Shown: in pieces, positions 1 to 8,117 of the stretch
Numbering within the stretch: the first letter of the stretch is position 1
Layout of the letters: the number at the start of each line of letters is the position of its first letter
NCBI GenBank assembly: GCA_019057865.1
Contig: JAHLWP010000043.1
Coordinates: 1 to 28,891, forward strand
Direction: 5' to 3'
Source: Promethearchaeota archaeon
GTDB lineage: Archaea; Asgardarchaeota; Lokiarchaeia; Sigyniarchaeales; SOKP01
DNA length: 28,891 nt
Translations under genes and position numbers: made by a program
The notes under the pieces: generated by a model
Told to the model about the DNA's origin: nothing
Seen by the model: only the letters and a program-made list of their open reading frames with translations
Databases searched by the model: none

Positions 1-109
1 TAAAGATTTAACTATAGATGAGGATAATTTTAACAAAAAATTACTAGTTCAAATTCCAATTATATTTAATAAAATGATTATCGGTAATTTTCAATCTAGT
101 AAAATCAAT

Positions 110-796
110 CTAAATATCTTGAAAATCCTTAAAATTATTGCCTATTGGAGCCTCTCCATCTCCATATATTTGATATAATCCTGTTCTTCTAGCACATTCT
201 GAAAAACTACGATATATATTTTTCCTTTGGTCATATAATGCACATGATTTATAAATGATGGGATTCCAAATATATAGCTCATGATTAGGTTCATACCAGA
301 GTTTTTCATCTTTCAATACTTGCTTAAAATCTTCTTCTCCAATCACTTCTTTAAGATCTTGCTTATTTAACATGATTATAATAGGAATCTCTTTAATTAA
401 CTTTCCTCTTGTTACATTTTTTAACTCTTTCAATGATTCTATATTATCTTCGAAAAAGTGGGTTTGTGAATCAACAGCAAATATAACTCCATCAGTACCT
501 TTAAATATTTTTTTTCTTAATGGGGAAAATCTTCTTTGACCTGCCACAGTATATACGTGATAAAATACTTTTCCTTTGCTTTTTTGTTTTGTAGATTGAA
601 AAATCCCTCTATCAAAATAAAGTGTGGATCCACTTGCCATAGAAATTTTAGTTAAATGACCAGTTGGTTCAATATCTTTTTCATTTTCTTTTGTTAATCT
701 GTAAAGCGTATCTACAATTGTTGTCTTTCCTGAGCCAGCCATTCCCCAATAGAGTATCTTTATATATACTTTATGATCTGCTGTAAATCGAACCAT
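110..796 (-). CDS. Small GTPase, MglA/Arf-like family
   Basis: G1 GMAGSGKTT, TLYFD (MglA-type TLFFD), G3 YTVAGQ (MglA-type TVPGQ instead of DxxGQ), G4 NKQD, G5 SCAL. Confidence 0.88.
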   Translation of the reverse strand: MVRFTADHKVYIKILYWGMAGSGKTTIVDTLYRLTKENEKDIEPTGHLTKISMASGSTLYFDRGIFQSTKQKSKGKVFYHVYTVAGQRRFSPLRKKIFKGTDGVIFAVDSQTHFFEDNIESLKELKNVTRGKLIKEIPIIIMLNKQDLKEVIGEEDFKQVLKDEKLWYEPNHELYIWNPIIYKSCALYDQRKNIYRSFSECARRTGLYQIYGDGEAPIGNNFKDFQDI

Positions 797-1023
797 TGAA
801 AATCTCCTTTAGAAATTTAAATTTAAAGGAATTTAACCGTTCATTTGAATAATAGTTAAGGAAATTATGTGATTTATGAAACGTTCTTTAAATTTATATT
901 AAATTATATTATTTAGTATTATAATAATTTAAGTATTTATAATTCCTTTTTGATATTTTAATTTTTTGTTTAAATCAAATATTCATATTTTAAGAGTAAT
1001 TTTATCAACACAAATAAGATGCT

Positions 1024-1260
1024 TTAAATTTTTACAGTAATCTCACCCAACCTCATCTTATAATTACACCATAATAATAATTGATTAAATTTTTCTTCAG
1101 TATCTCCTTTTCTTATAATTAAATTAATGATGTCAGAATACATAATTTCTCTCTTCTCCTTTAAATTCTGTTTTAAACGATTAAGAATTTCGTTCAATAA
1201 AGCAAAATTTTCTTTAGGGAAATTCTTTATTTCTTCAATATTCTTTTGAATTAAAGTCAT
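1024..1260 (-). CDS. Small hypothetical helical protein (78 aa)
   Basis: ATG-started ORF with K/E-rich amphipathic composition typical of this genome; no recognised motif. Confidence 0.55.
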   Translation of the reverse strand: MTLIQKNIEEIKNFPKENFALLNEILNRLKQNLKEKREIMYSDIINLIIRKGDTEEKFNQLLLWCNYKMRLGEITVKI

Positions 1261-1367
1261 TTTATTTATTCCTTATATAATTTTTATCAAAAATAGCATT
1301 TTTTCTTTTTAATTATTATATCTCTAAATAAAATTTTATAAATTACCCATTTTTTATTTCTTATCAT

Positions 1368-1406
1368 CTCTCCCTCTCCCTCCAGAGTATTATTTTTCAC
1401 TGTAAA
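1368..1406 (-). promoter_or_regulatory. ORB-like element with G-rich tail
   Basis: Minus strand reads TTTACAGTGAAAAATAATACTCTGGAGGGAGAGGGAGAG, resembling the archaeal ORB pattern (TTCCAGTGGAAA...G-string); perfect palindrome ATTTCAATTGAAAT adjacent at 1415-1428. Confidence 0.3.
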
Positions 1407-1503
1407 GTAAAACCATTTCAATTGAAATAATAATTGTTTCAAAAAATCAAGTTAAATTACTTTTAAATTTGTTATATTAAAAATAAGATCTTTCAGTCTT
1501 AAA

Positions 1504-2517
1504 ATGAAAGAATTAAAAAATCAATTTATTAATTATGAAGAATGTCCAGAATGTGGGGGAGGTATAGTCCTTAATAGCTTTGAACAAATTTGCAATGAGT
1601 GTGGGTTGGTAATTAATAGATTTTTTAGAGAGTCTTCTTACATTTTTGATGATATAAAAAAACTCAATAATTTAAGCAAACAATACGTAGCTTTAGGAGA
1701 ACGAACAGATTTTATAGGGGGTTTAGGGTCATTTATAGATTATGAAAATTCTAAATATTTAAAGGATAAAACAGGTAAACTTTTACCTCCAAATGAACAA
1801 AAATTATTTAGAAGATTAAAAAAAAATTATTCTCAATTTTTAAGGATTAAAAACCATGAAACTGAATATAGAGTTTTTAATATTTTAAACAAAATTTCGC
1901 TATATCTAAATTTTAATAAAAATATTCGTAATAGTGCTGCTTATTATTACAAAAAAATCTTAAAGCAAGAAGAAAAAGTTATTAATAATATTTCTTTAAT
2001 AGCTTTTTGTATTTTTTATGCTGCAAGAAAAGAAAACCAAAACGCTCCAATTACTATTAAGGAAATATCGGAAGCTTTTCAAAATTTTGGACATAGAGTC
2101 AACCCAAGATTAATTCTGAGGGATGGTTTAAAATATAAAAAACATTTGAATACCGACTCTGCACCTCATCGGAGCGAAGATTATCTTATTAGGTTAATAG
2201 ATGGAGTGATTAATCACAATGATTTAGAGAATAGAATGGTTAAAAAGGGAGTTTCATGGTTTAAGAAAGAATATCAAAATATATTAACGATAAAATGTCG
2301 CGAAATATTGAAACATTTATCCTATTGGACACGTGGGGGTAGGAATCCATTTATTTTAACTGGGGCGGTAATATATTTAGCAGATAAATTAATAGCTAAA
2401 GAAAAGAATCAGAAATCAATTTTAACACAAAAAATGATATCAGAAGCCACCAAAATTGCTGAATATTCTATTCGAGACCATTATGTAAATTTATTGAAAC
2501 CTCAATTTATTAAATGA
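1504..2517 (+). CDS. tfb: Transcription factor IIB (TFB) family protein, divergent paralog
   Basis: N-terminal Zn ribbon CPECGG...CNECGLVI; two cyclin-like repeats (IFYAARK..APITIKEI; GRNP...GAVIYLA...TQKMISEATKIAEYSIRDHY). Confidence 0.88.
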   Translation: MKELKNQFINYEECPECGGGIVLNSFEQICNECGLVINRFFRESSYIFDDIKKLNNLSKQYVALGERTDFIGGLGSFIDYENSKYLKDKTGKLLPPNEQKLFRRLKKNYSQFLRIKNHETEYRVFNILNKISLYLNFNKNIRNSAAYYYKKILKQEEKVINNISLIAFCIFYAARKENQNAPITIKEISEAFQNFGHRVNPRLILRDGLKYKKHLNTDSAPHRSEDYLIRLIDGVINHNDLENRMVKKGVSWFKKEYQNILTIKCREILKHLSYWTRGGRNPFILTGAVIYLADKLIAKEKNQKSILTQKMISEATKIAEYSIRDHYVNLLKPQFIK

Positions 2518-2849
2518 TCCATATATCTTATTCTTCATTTCGCAACTATTAAATCTCTAAAAGAGATTAGTACCTTATAAAAAAAGTATTAAAGATTTTG
2601 AAATTAAAATGGTTTAATCAATATATTTTTCATCTTTTCAAATGAAATGATTATAAATTTAATTCAAATTAACTTTAGATTATTCGATAAATTATAATTA
2701 TATTTTTTAGGATTCTTTTTATGAATAGTATATAAAATAATTAACTACAAAGATAGATTTATTTCCAGGCAAATTATAGTCGTATAATATCATAAAGATC
2801 AAATTGCATTAAATTTTTTAAATAATTAGATTTTATTACAATTAGAAGA

Positions 2850-2857
2850 TTTAAAAA
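2850..2857 (+). promoter_or_regulatory. Possible TATA box for the tRNA gene
   Basis: TTTAAAAA preceded by purine-rich AGAAGA, about 30 nt upstream of the tRNA 5' end; weak in so AT-rich a background. Confidence 0.3.
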
Positions 2858-2883
2858 TATGAATAAAAATATCATAATTTTAT

Positions 2884-2995
2884 GCTTCTGTAGTGTAGTC
2901 CGGTCAATCTTATCTTTCTTTTTGAAAAAGTGGATTAGGATCAGGCATGTGAGGCTCTCACCCTCACGACCCGGGTTCGAATCCCGGCAGAAGCA
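2884..2995 (+). tRNA. trnE: tRNA-Glu (anticodon CTC) with a non-canonical D-arm intron; CCA not encoded
   Basis: Acceptor GCTTCTG/CAGAAGC, D stem GTGT/GCAT, anticodon arm TGAGG-CTCTCAC-CCTCA, T arm CCGGG-TTCGAAT-CCCGG, discriminator A2995. Confidence 0.93.
2908..2944 (+). other. 37-nt tRNA intron at position 21/22 (relaxed bulge-helix-bulge motif)
   Basis: Central 4-bp helix GGTC(2902-2905)/GATC(2939-2942), 3-nt bulges AA^T and AG^G, inner stem CTTATC/GATTAG; removal restores the D loop AGTCCGGTCAA. Confidence 0.85.
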
Positions 2996-3126
2996 ATTTA
3001 AATATTTAATATTAAAGTATCCTCTATTCTAATTTAATGTAAGCAGCGAATCAAAGAAATAAATCAATAATCATTGAGATTTAAAGTGCTTTTCATTACA
3101 GATAAATCGAAAAATAATATTAGAGA

Positions 3127-3534
3127 TTAGATATCTAAATTAGAAAATTTATTCAAAATATCATAAAAATCCAATAATAGTTTTGCATATCTTTCAATCA
3201 TATCAATTTGAGTTTCTTTTTTTAATTTTTTAGAAAATAAATCGATTTTTTCTATAATTACTTGTTTTAAAAAAATTACGGCATCGTTATGTTCTCGAAC
3301 GGCATTTTTTTCTTTGATAATATTCTTGTCAATACTTGCTTTAGTTTTTGAATTTATTTGATTAGATTTACTTTCTATGATTAAAACTTCTCTATTGCAA
3401 GTGGGACAAAAAGTTTCCCCGTTTCTTCTTTGAAATATTGGATTATTACAAATTGGACATGCCATATTTAACATTTTATGCCCAGATCTAAGAAGATCTG
3501 CCATTTTTGAAATGTTTTTTTGAATTTTTATCAC
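3127..3534 (-). CDS. UPF0148 / Sjogren-scleroderma autoantigen p27-like Zn-ribbon protein
   Basis: MADLLRSGHKMLNMACPICNNPIF...GETFCPTC signature followed by a helical C-terminus; GTG start, alternative ATG at 3504. Confidence 0.85.
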   Translation of the reverse strand: MIKIQKNISKMADLLRSGHKMLNMACPICNNPIFQRRNGETFCPTCNREVLIIESKSNQINSKTKASIDKNIIKEKNAVREHNDAVIFLKQVIIEKIDLFSKKLKKETQIDMIERYAKLLLDFYDILNKFSNLDI

Positions 3535-3588
3535 TAATAATTTTTAATTAATTTTTTAGATATTAGAAAATAATTTTGATTGAACGAA

Positions 3589-3783
3589 TTATTCTTTATT
3601 TCTGAACTTTAACAATTTTACAATATATCCAGAGATTCTGTTTCTTAAATGCTTGGAATCTATTTCAAGATATTTATCTAATAATTTCTTATTTTCTTCA
3701 AAATCGGTAGTAAATACATTTGGATATTTGCCTATCAATTCCTTTGATACATTTTTTATTAAAATTGTTCTAACTTTTCCCAT
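3589..3783 (-). CDS. rps17e: 30S ribosomal protein S17e
   Basis: MGKVRT...FTTDFEENKK...SKHLRNRISGYI; ATG at 3783 preferred over GTG at 3789. Confidence 0.96.
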   Translation of the reverse strand: MGKVRTILIKNVSKELIGKYPNVFTTDFEENKKLLDKYLEIDSKHLRNRISGYIVKLLKFRNKE

Positions 3784-3888
3784 ATACACACTTAAGTATT
3801 ATTTTTCTTATTTTAATATAAAATATTCATTAAAATAAATTTATTTCTAAATGTTTGTCTTTTTATATCTCTAATTGGATTTAAATTT

Positions 3889-5112
3889 GTGAAGAAAATA
3901 AAATTATTAATAATTTTAATAATAATTCCTATTGGCCTTTTTATGATGCCTAATTTTGCTAAAGCCTCTAATTGTAGTCTAAATCTTTTGAAAACTGATA
4001 AAGATATTTACTATATTAATGAAAATATTAGAATTAATGCCTCTTGGGATTTAAATTATAATAGTGATATTGAATATGCATATGTGCAAATTCAAATTTT
4101 TGATATTTTCGACATTATCCTTTGGAATTCCTCAAAATATGATAAGGCTGGTACTTATGAAGAAAATTGGACAATTATTATTGAGAAATTGAATTTGGAT
4201 TTTTCAAATTATTCTAATTTAATATTTATAAAATTATTTTATTATTATTTTCAAGAGGATATTGGAATTCCTCAAGTGGAATTTTTAGAAACGATAGAAA
4301 TTACAATTATTAAAAGAGAAGCATCATGTGAATTAATTGGATTTAGAGATCATATGAGAATAGGTGAAAATCTTTCATTTAATGTAAGGTTTTTTGATTC
4401 CTCATCAGATAATAGCTCAAATTTAATTAATCAAGAAATTTTATTCAAAATAATTTCAAATAATTCGTTATTATATCAGAGAAATTTTACTGCAAACCAA
4501 ACAGGGATGATTGAAATTTTTATCTCAACTATAAGCCATTTAAGATTTGGGCATAATATACTAATTTTTAAAATATTAAATACCAAAATTTATAATAATA
4601 CAGAGTTTATGTATGAAATTTTACTAGAGAAGAAGTTATTGTTTATAGATGTTATTGAATTTAAAGAGATTTTAAACAGCAAGGAGAATCTAGAGATAAA
4701 ACTATTGTTTTATTATTTTTCAAATAATACCATTGAGCCTCTTAATGATACCAATATAATTATGACAATTTTTTGCAACAACAACTTAACCTTCATGAAT
4801 GAATATAAAACGGATAAAAATGGAATCCTTTCTATAAATGCCACTCAAGAATCTTTTAATTCTGAAAAAAAAAGTGAAGATTTGATAATTAAAATAATTT
4901 TCAATGGAAATTATTTTTTAGAAAATAAAAGCATGTCTTTAAACTTAAAAATAAATAGTAGTGTTAATTCGAAGAGGGGGATTTATTCTCAGTTAAGTGT
5001 TTATTCCCTTTCAATAATATTAGTCATTATTTCTATAATTATATCTCTAATTTTTAAAAATATTAAGAAGAATAGAGAAAGTCTTTTAACAGAAATTACT
5101 TTTAGGTATTGA
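3889..5112 (+). CDS. Secreted, C-terminally membrane-anchored beta-rich surface glycoprotein
   Basis: N-terminal signal peptide (KKIK + hydrophobic + AKA), beta-strand-like repeats (two TxxxG turns: TANQTG, TDKNG), more than 15 N-x-S/T sequons, C-terminal TM helix and basic tail. Confidence 0.75.
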   Translation: MKKIKLLIILIIIPIGLFMMPNFAKASNCSLNLLKTDKDIYYINENIRINASWDLNYNSDIEYAYVQIQIFDIFDIILWNSSKYDKAGTYEENWTIIIEKLNLDFSNYSNLIFIKLFYYYFQEDIGIPQVEFLETIEITIIKREASCELIGFRDHMRIGENLSFNVRFFDSSSDNSSNLINQEILFKIISNNSLLYQRNFTANQTGMIEIFISTISHLRFGHNILIFKILNTKIYNNTEFMYEILLEKKLLFIDVIEFKEILNSKENLEIKLLFYYFSNNTIEPLNDTNIIMTIFCNNNLTFMNEYKTDKNGILSINATQESFNSEKKSEDLIIKIIFNGNYFLENKSMSLNLKINSSVNSKRGIYSQLSVYSLSIILVIISIIISLIFKNIKKNRESLLTEITFRY

Positions 5113-5180
5113 AATTAAATTATTATATAGTTTTTAGAGGTTAATCTTAAAGTAATGAAAGTTACAATTTAACATTTTGA

Positions 5181-5196
5181 TTGTCGGAGTCGACAA
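5181..5196. promoter_or_regulatory. Inverted repeat TTGTCG-GAGT-CGACAA upstream of cdc6 (possible operator)
   Basis: Perfect 6-bp CG-containing arms in an AT-rich intergenic region about 190 nt before cdc6. Confidence 0.3.
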
Positions 5197-5382
5197 AAAA
5201 CACTAAATCTTCATATTGCCATTTCTTGATAATAAGAACTTTTCTGAAGGGGCGGATGATTCACGAGAAATAATTAAGTGGAACTCTCAACAAATAAATA
5301 ATTAAATTTTTATTATGAAAAACTATTACTCTGTATTTTATTATAAGCAACAGTTATCTTAAATTTATATAATTTTTATTGA

Positions 5383-6597
5383 TTGTATTTTGTGACAATG
5401 GATTATTTTGAAGAATTATTGAAAAAACCTTCAATCTTTAAGGATGAAAGTAAACTAGATATTAATTTTATACCAGATGAATTACCACATAGAGAAAAAG
5501 AGTTATCTTTATTATCTCAACTTTTTTTAACTTTAATTACTAATCCAAATTCAATATCAAGAAAAATCTTAATAACAGGGAAAACAGGGATAGGAAAAAC
5601 AGTAACGGTAAAATTATTTGGAGATATTTTAAAAAAAGCATCAAAAAAAAGGAATATTTCTATTAAATATGTTCATATTAATTGTAGAAAAGAAAGAAGC
5701 AGTTATAAAGTCTTAATTAAGATCATTCGTTCAATCCATAAAAACTTTCCACAAAGAGGATATTCACCACAGGATTTATTAGAAATCATTATTGAGTACT
5801 TAAATAAATACAATTTACATCTTTTAATTGTATTAGATGAATTAAGCTATATTATAAATAAAGGCGAAGATTTAGTTTATTCTTTAACTCGGATAAATGA
5901 TGATTCTATGAATTCTCAACAAAGATTATCTATAATTGGAATAATAAGAGATATCTCATGTTTAAATAATCTAGATTCCAGTACATTGAGCACACTGCAA
6001 AGAAATATCATAAATTTTGATGAATATTCTAGGGAGCAAATTTTTAACATTATAAAATTCAGAGCAGATTTAAGTTTAAACCAAAATGCTCTTTCAGACG
6101 ATTTGATCGAGATGATATCAGAGATTCTTTTTAAGAATGGTGATATTAGATATGGATTAAATATTTTATGGAGAGCTGCTAAAATCGCAGAGAGCCAAAG
6201 TCTAAAATATATTACTGCCGAATGTATTAGAGCAGGAAACCAAAATCTAGTTCCTTACTCAACCCAAGATATTTTAAAATATATGGCTTCACAAAAATTA
6301 ATTTTTTTATTGGCAATAATTAAAAGTTTAAAAGTGAGTGAGAAGACCCAGATCTCTTTTTTGGATATTTTAAAATTATATAATATAGTTTGTGAAAATA
6401 CAAGATTAAAGCCGCGTTCATATTCACAATTATGGAATTACCTCCAAGAATTTCATAGAGAGAATCTCATTTTAATAAAAGTAAAGAGTGAGAATATAAA
6501 AGGGAGAAAGACATTTATTAAAATTCCTAATATTGAATTATCGAAATTTGAAAAGATTATTTTAAATATATTAAGTCATAGAGGCTTGAAAATTTGA
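5383..6597 (+). CDS. cdc6: Orc1/Cdc6 replication initiator (AAA+ ATPase plus winged helix)
   Basis: FIPDELPHRE, Walker A GKTGIGKT, HINC, Walker B IVLDEL, GDIR sensor 2, C-terminal wHTH; TTG start, alternative ATG at 5398. Confidence 0.96.
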   Translation: MYFVTMDYFEELLKKPSIFKDESKLDINFIPDELPHREKELSLLSQLFLTLITNPNSISRKILITGKTGIGKTVTVKLFGDILKKASKKRNISIKYVHINCRKERSSYKVLIKIIRSIHKNFPQRGYSPQDLLEIIIEYLNKYNLHLLIVLDELSYIINKGEDLVYSLTRINDDSMNSQQRLSIIGIIRDISCLNNLDSSTLSTLQRNIINFDEYSREQIFNIIKFRADLSLNQNALSDDLIEMISEILFKNGDIRYGLNILWRAAKIAESQSLKYITAECIRAGNQNLVPYSTQDILKYMASQKLIFLLAIIKSLKVSEKTQISFLDILKLYNIVCENTRLKPRSYSQLWNYLQEFHRENLILIKVKSENIKGRKTFIKIPNIELSKFEKIILNILSHRGLKI

Positions 6598-6887
6598 TAG
6601 ATAATAAATCAAAAGAAAAGTATCTTATTGAGGAGCTTTTAGGTTCAAAAGCTAGAGTCAAGATTTTAAAAGTATTAGCCGTACATAAAGAATTGACTAT
6701 ATCCTTAATTATTAATAAGACCAAATTAAATTATAATAATGTTTTAAAACATCTTACTTATCTTAAAGCAGTAAATTTAATTGATGAAAAAAAGTTTGGA
6801 CGAATAAAAATATTTAGATACAAAATTGAAAATATTAAGGCTAGAAGTTTAAAAAAATTAATAGAAATTTGGGAAGGAAATTTCTGA
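6594..6887 (+). CDS. Winged-helix (ArsR-like) DNA-binding protein
   Basis: LLGSKARVKILKVL...LTIS...HLTYL...LIDEKKFGRIKIF; 4-nt TTGA overlap with cdc6. Confidence 0.85.
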   Translation: MIDNKSKEKYLIEELLGSKARVKILKVLAVHKELTISLIINKTKLNYNNVLKHLTYLKAVNLIDEKKFGRIKIFRYKIENIKARSLKKLIEIWEGNF

Positions 6888-6891
6888 TCCT

Positions 6892-7560
6892 ATGAATTTC
6901 TTAATATTGATTTTTAATTTTTGGTTTATAAGTGTAATACTATTTTTTTTTGTTTATCTTGATTTGAAATCCAGAAAAATTCCTAATAGTTTGTTTAAAT
7001 ATCTCTTTATTATTTGTATAATATTAAATTTTATTGAATTTGTTTTTTGTTTTGAAGATATTATAAGAGTAATTGTTTTGAAATTTCTTTTTCTATTTAT
7101 CATTCTTTCTTTATCATTTTTATTATTCGTTTTACACATTATTGGAGGAGCCGATGGGAAACTTTTTATGTTAATATTTTTTGTACATCCTGTCAAATTT
7201 TTAACTTTTTATTTCATAACTTCTTTCCTTTTATTATTCTCCTTATTAGTTCTTTTAATTTTTATGATAAACTTCGCAAACAATATTAACTTCAGAAATA
7301 ATGATTCATTTGAAATTTTTTTTAATACAAATTACAAATTCTCAAGTTTTAAGAGAAGTTTTATTAAAACATTCTTTAAATTTTTGAATTTTTCAGAATT
7401 AGAGTATTATAATGAAGATAAACATCTTGTTAAAGCACTTATCTTAATTTACAATAGTGCAAGAAGAAGAATACAAATTCTAGTTCAGTATAGACCTCCT
7501 CTTATTTTTATCAGCTTAATATCTTATTTTACTGTTTTATTTATATGGGTTTATTTTTAA
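6892..7560 (+). CDS. Prepilin peptidase, A24 family (PibD/FlaK/TadV-like)
   Basis: Catalytic Asp motifs YLDLKSRKIPN and IGGADGK in a polytopic membrane protein; C-terminal PPLIF. Confidence 0.9.
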   Translation: MNFLILIFNFWFISVILFFFVYLDLKSRKIPNSLFKYLFIICIILNFIEFVFCFEDIIRVIVLKFLFLFIILSLSFLLFVLHIIGGADGKLFMLIFFVHPVKFLTFYFITSFLLLFSLLVLLIFMINFANNINFRNNDSFEIFFNTNYKFSSFKRSFIKTFFKFLNFSELEYYNEDKHLVKALILIYNSARRRIQILVQYRPPLIFISLISYFTVLFIWVYF

Positions 7561-7715
7561 AATTACTATAATAAGATTTAAAAAAATCTCGTAATTTGAT
7601 TTATATTTAATTTATAATATTTAAAATTTAAGTGCTTTAAGAAATAAAATTTTATATTTGAGAATTTTTATTAAATTAATGAAGCTTAATTATTTTATAA
7701 TGTGAAAAATACGAG

Positions 7716-8108
7716 ATGGAGATTGAAAAAATAAGAGAAACTTCTTGGAAAATTCAGTTAAAAAACAAGGATCAAAACATAGAAATAACTTCAGTAGAAA
7801 TTAGTGGCGAAGTTAGGATTATTAGGCTTGCTCTTCTAAATAAAGATAAATCAATAAGAGTTGAAATGAAGAAAGAAGAGTTTTTTAATTTACTCTCTTT
7901 AATATCTGCCTTTAAAGATGTTGTAATTGGAGAAGATTCATTTGTTATGGGAGAGGAATTAAATTTAATTGAGAGTAGAACACAACAAACTCATGATCTT
8001 TCTACTGAAAACGAAGATATTTATCTAATTAATTCTGAAACTTCGGAGAAAAATCTTGAGAAAGAGGATACAGAAGAGTTAAACCCTGAAGAATGGGATC
8101 CTTGGTAA
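7716..8108 (+). CDS. Hypothetical protein with beta4-alpha core and acidic Trp-ended tail
   Basis: Alternating beta pattern, then helix KEEFFNLLSLI; tail EKEDTEELNPEEWDPW. Confidence 0.7.
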   Translation: MEIEKIRETSWKIQLKNKDQNIEITSVEISGEVRIIRLALLNKDKSIRVEMKKEEFFNLLSLISAFKDVVIGEDSFVMGEELNLIESRTQQTHDLSTENEDIYLINSETSEKNLEKEDTEELNPEEWDPW

Positions 8109-8117
8109 ATACCTTAC

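Noticed and set aside
1415-1445. ATTGAAAT and GTTTCAA resembling CRISPR repeat ends
   Set aside because: Single occurrence with no repeat-spacer periodicity
2955-2961. Anticodon loop CTCTCAC as a eukaryote-specific trait
   Set aside because: I recall the same loop in some archaeal and bacterial tRNA-Glu, so it is not diagnostic
3653-3838. 61-aa plus-strand ORF
   Set aside because: Antisense shadow of rps17e
6954-7196. 80-aa minus-strand ORF
   Set aside because: Antisense to the prepilin peptidase
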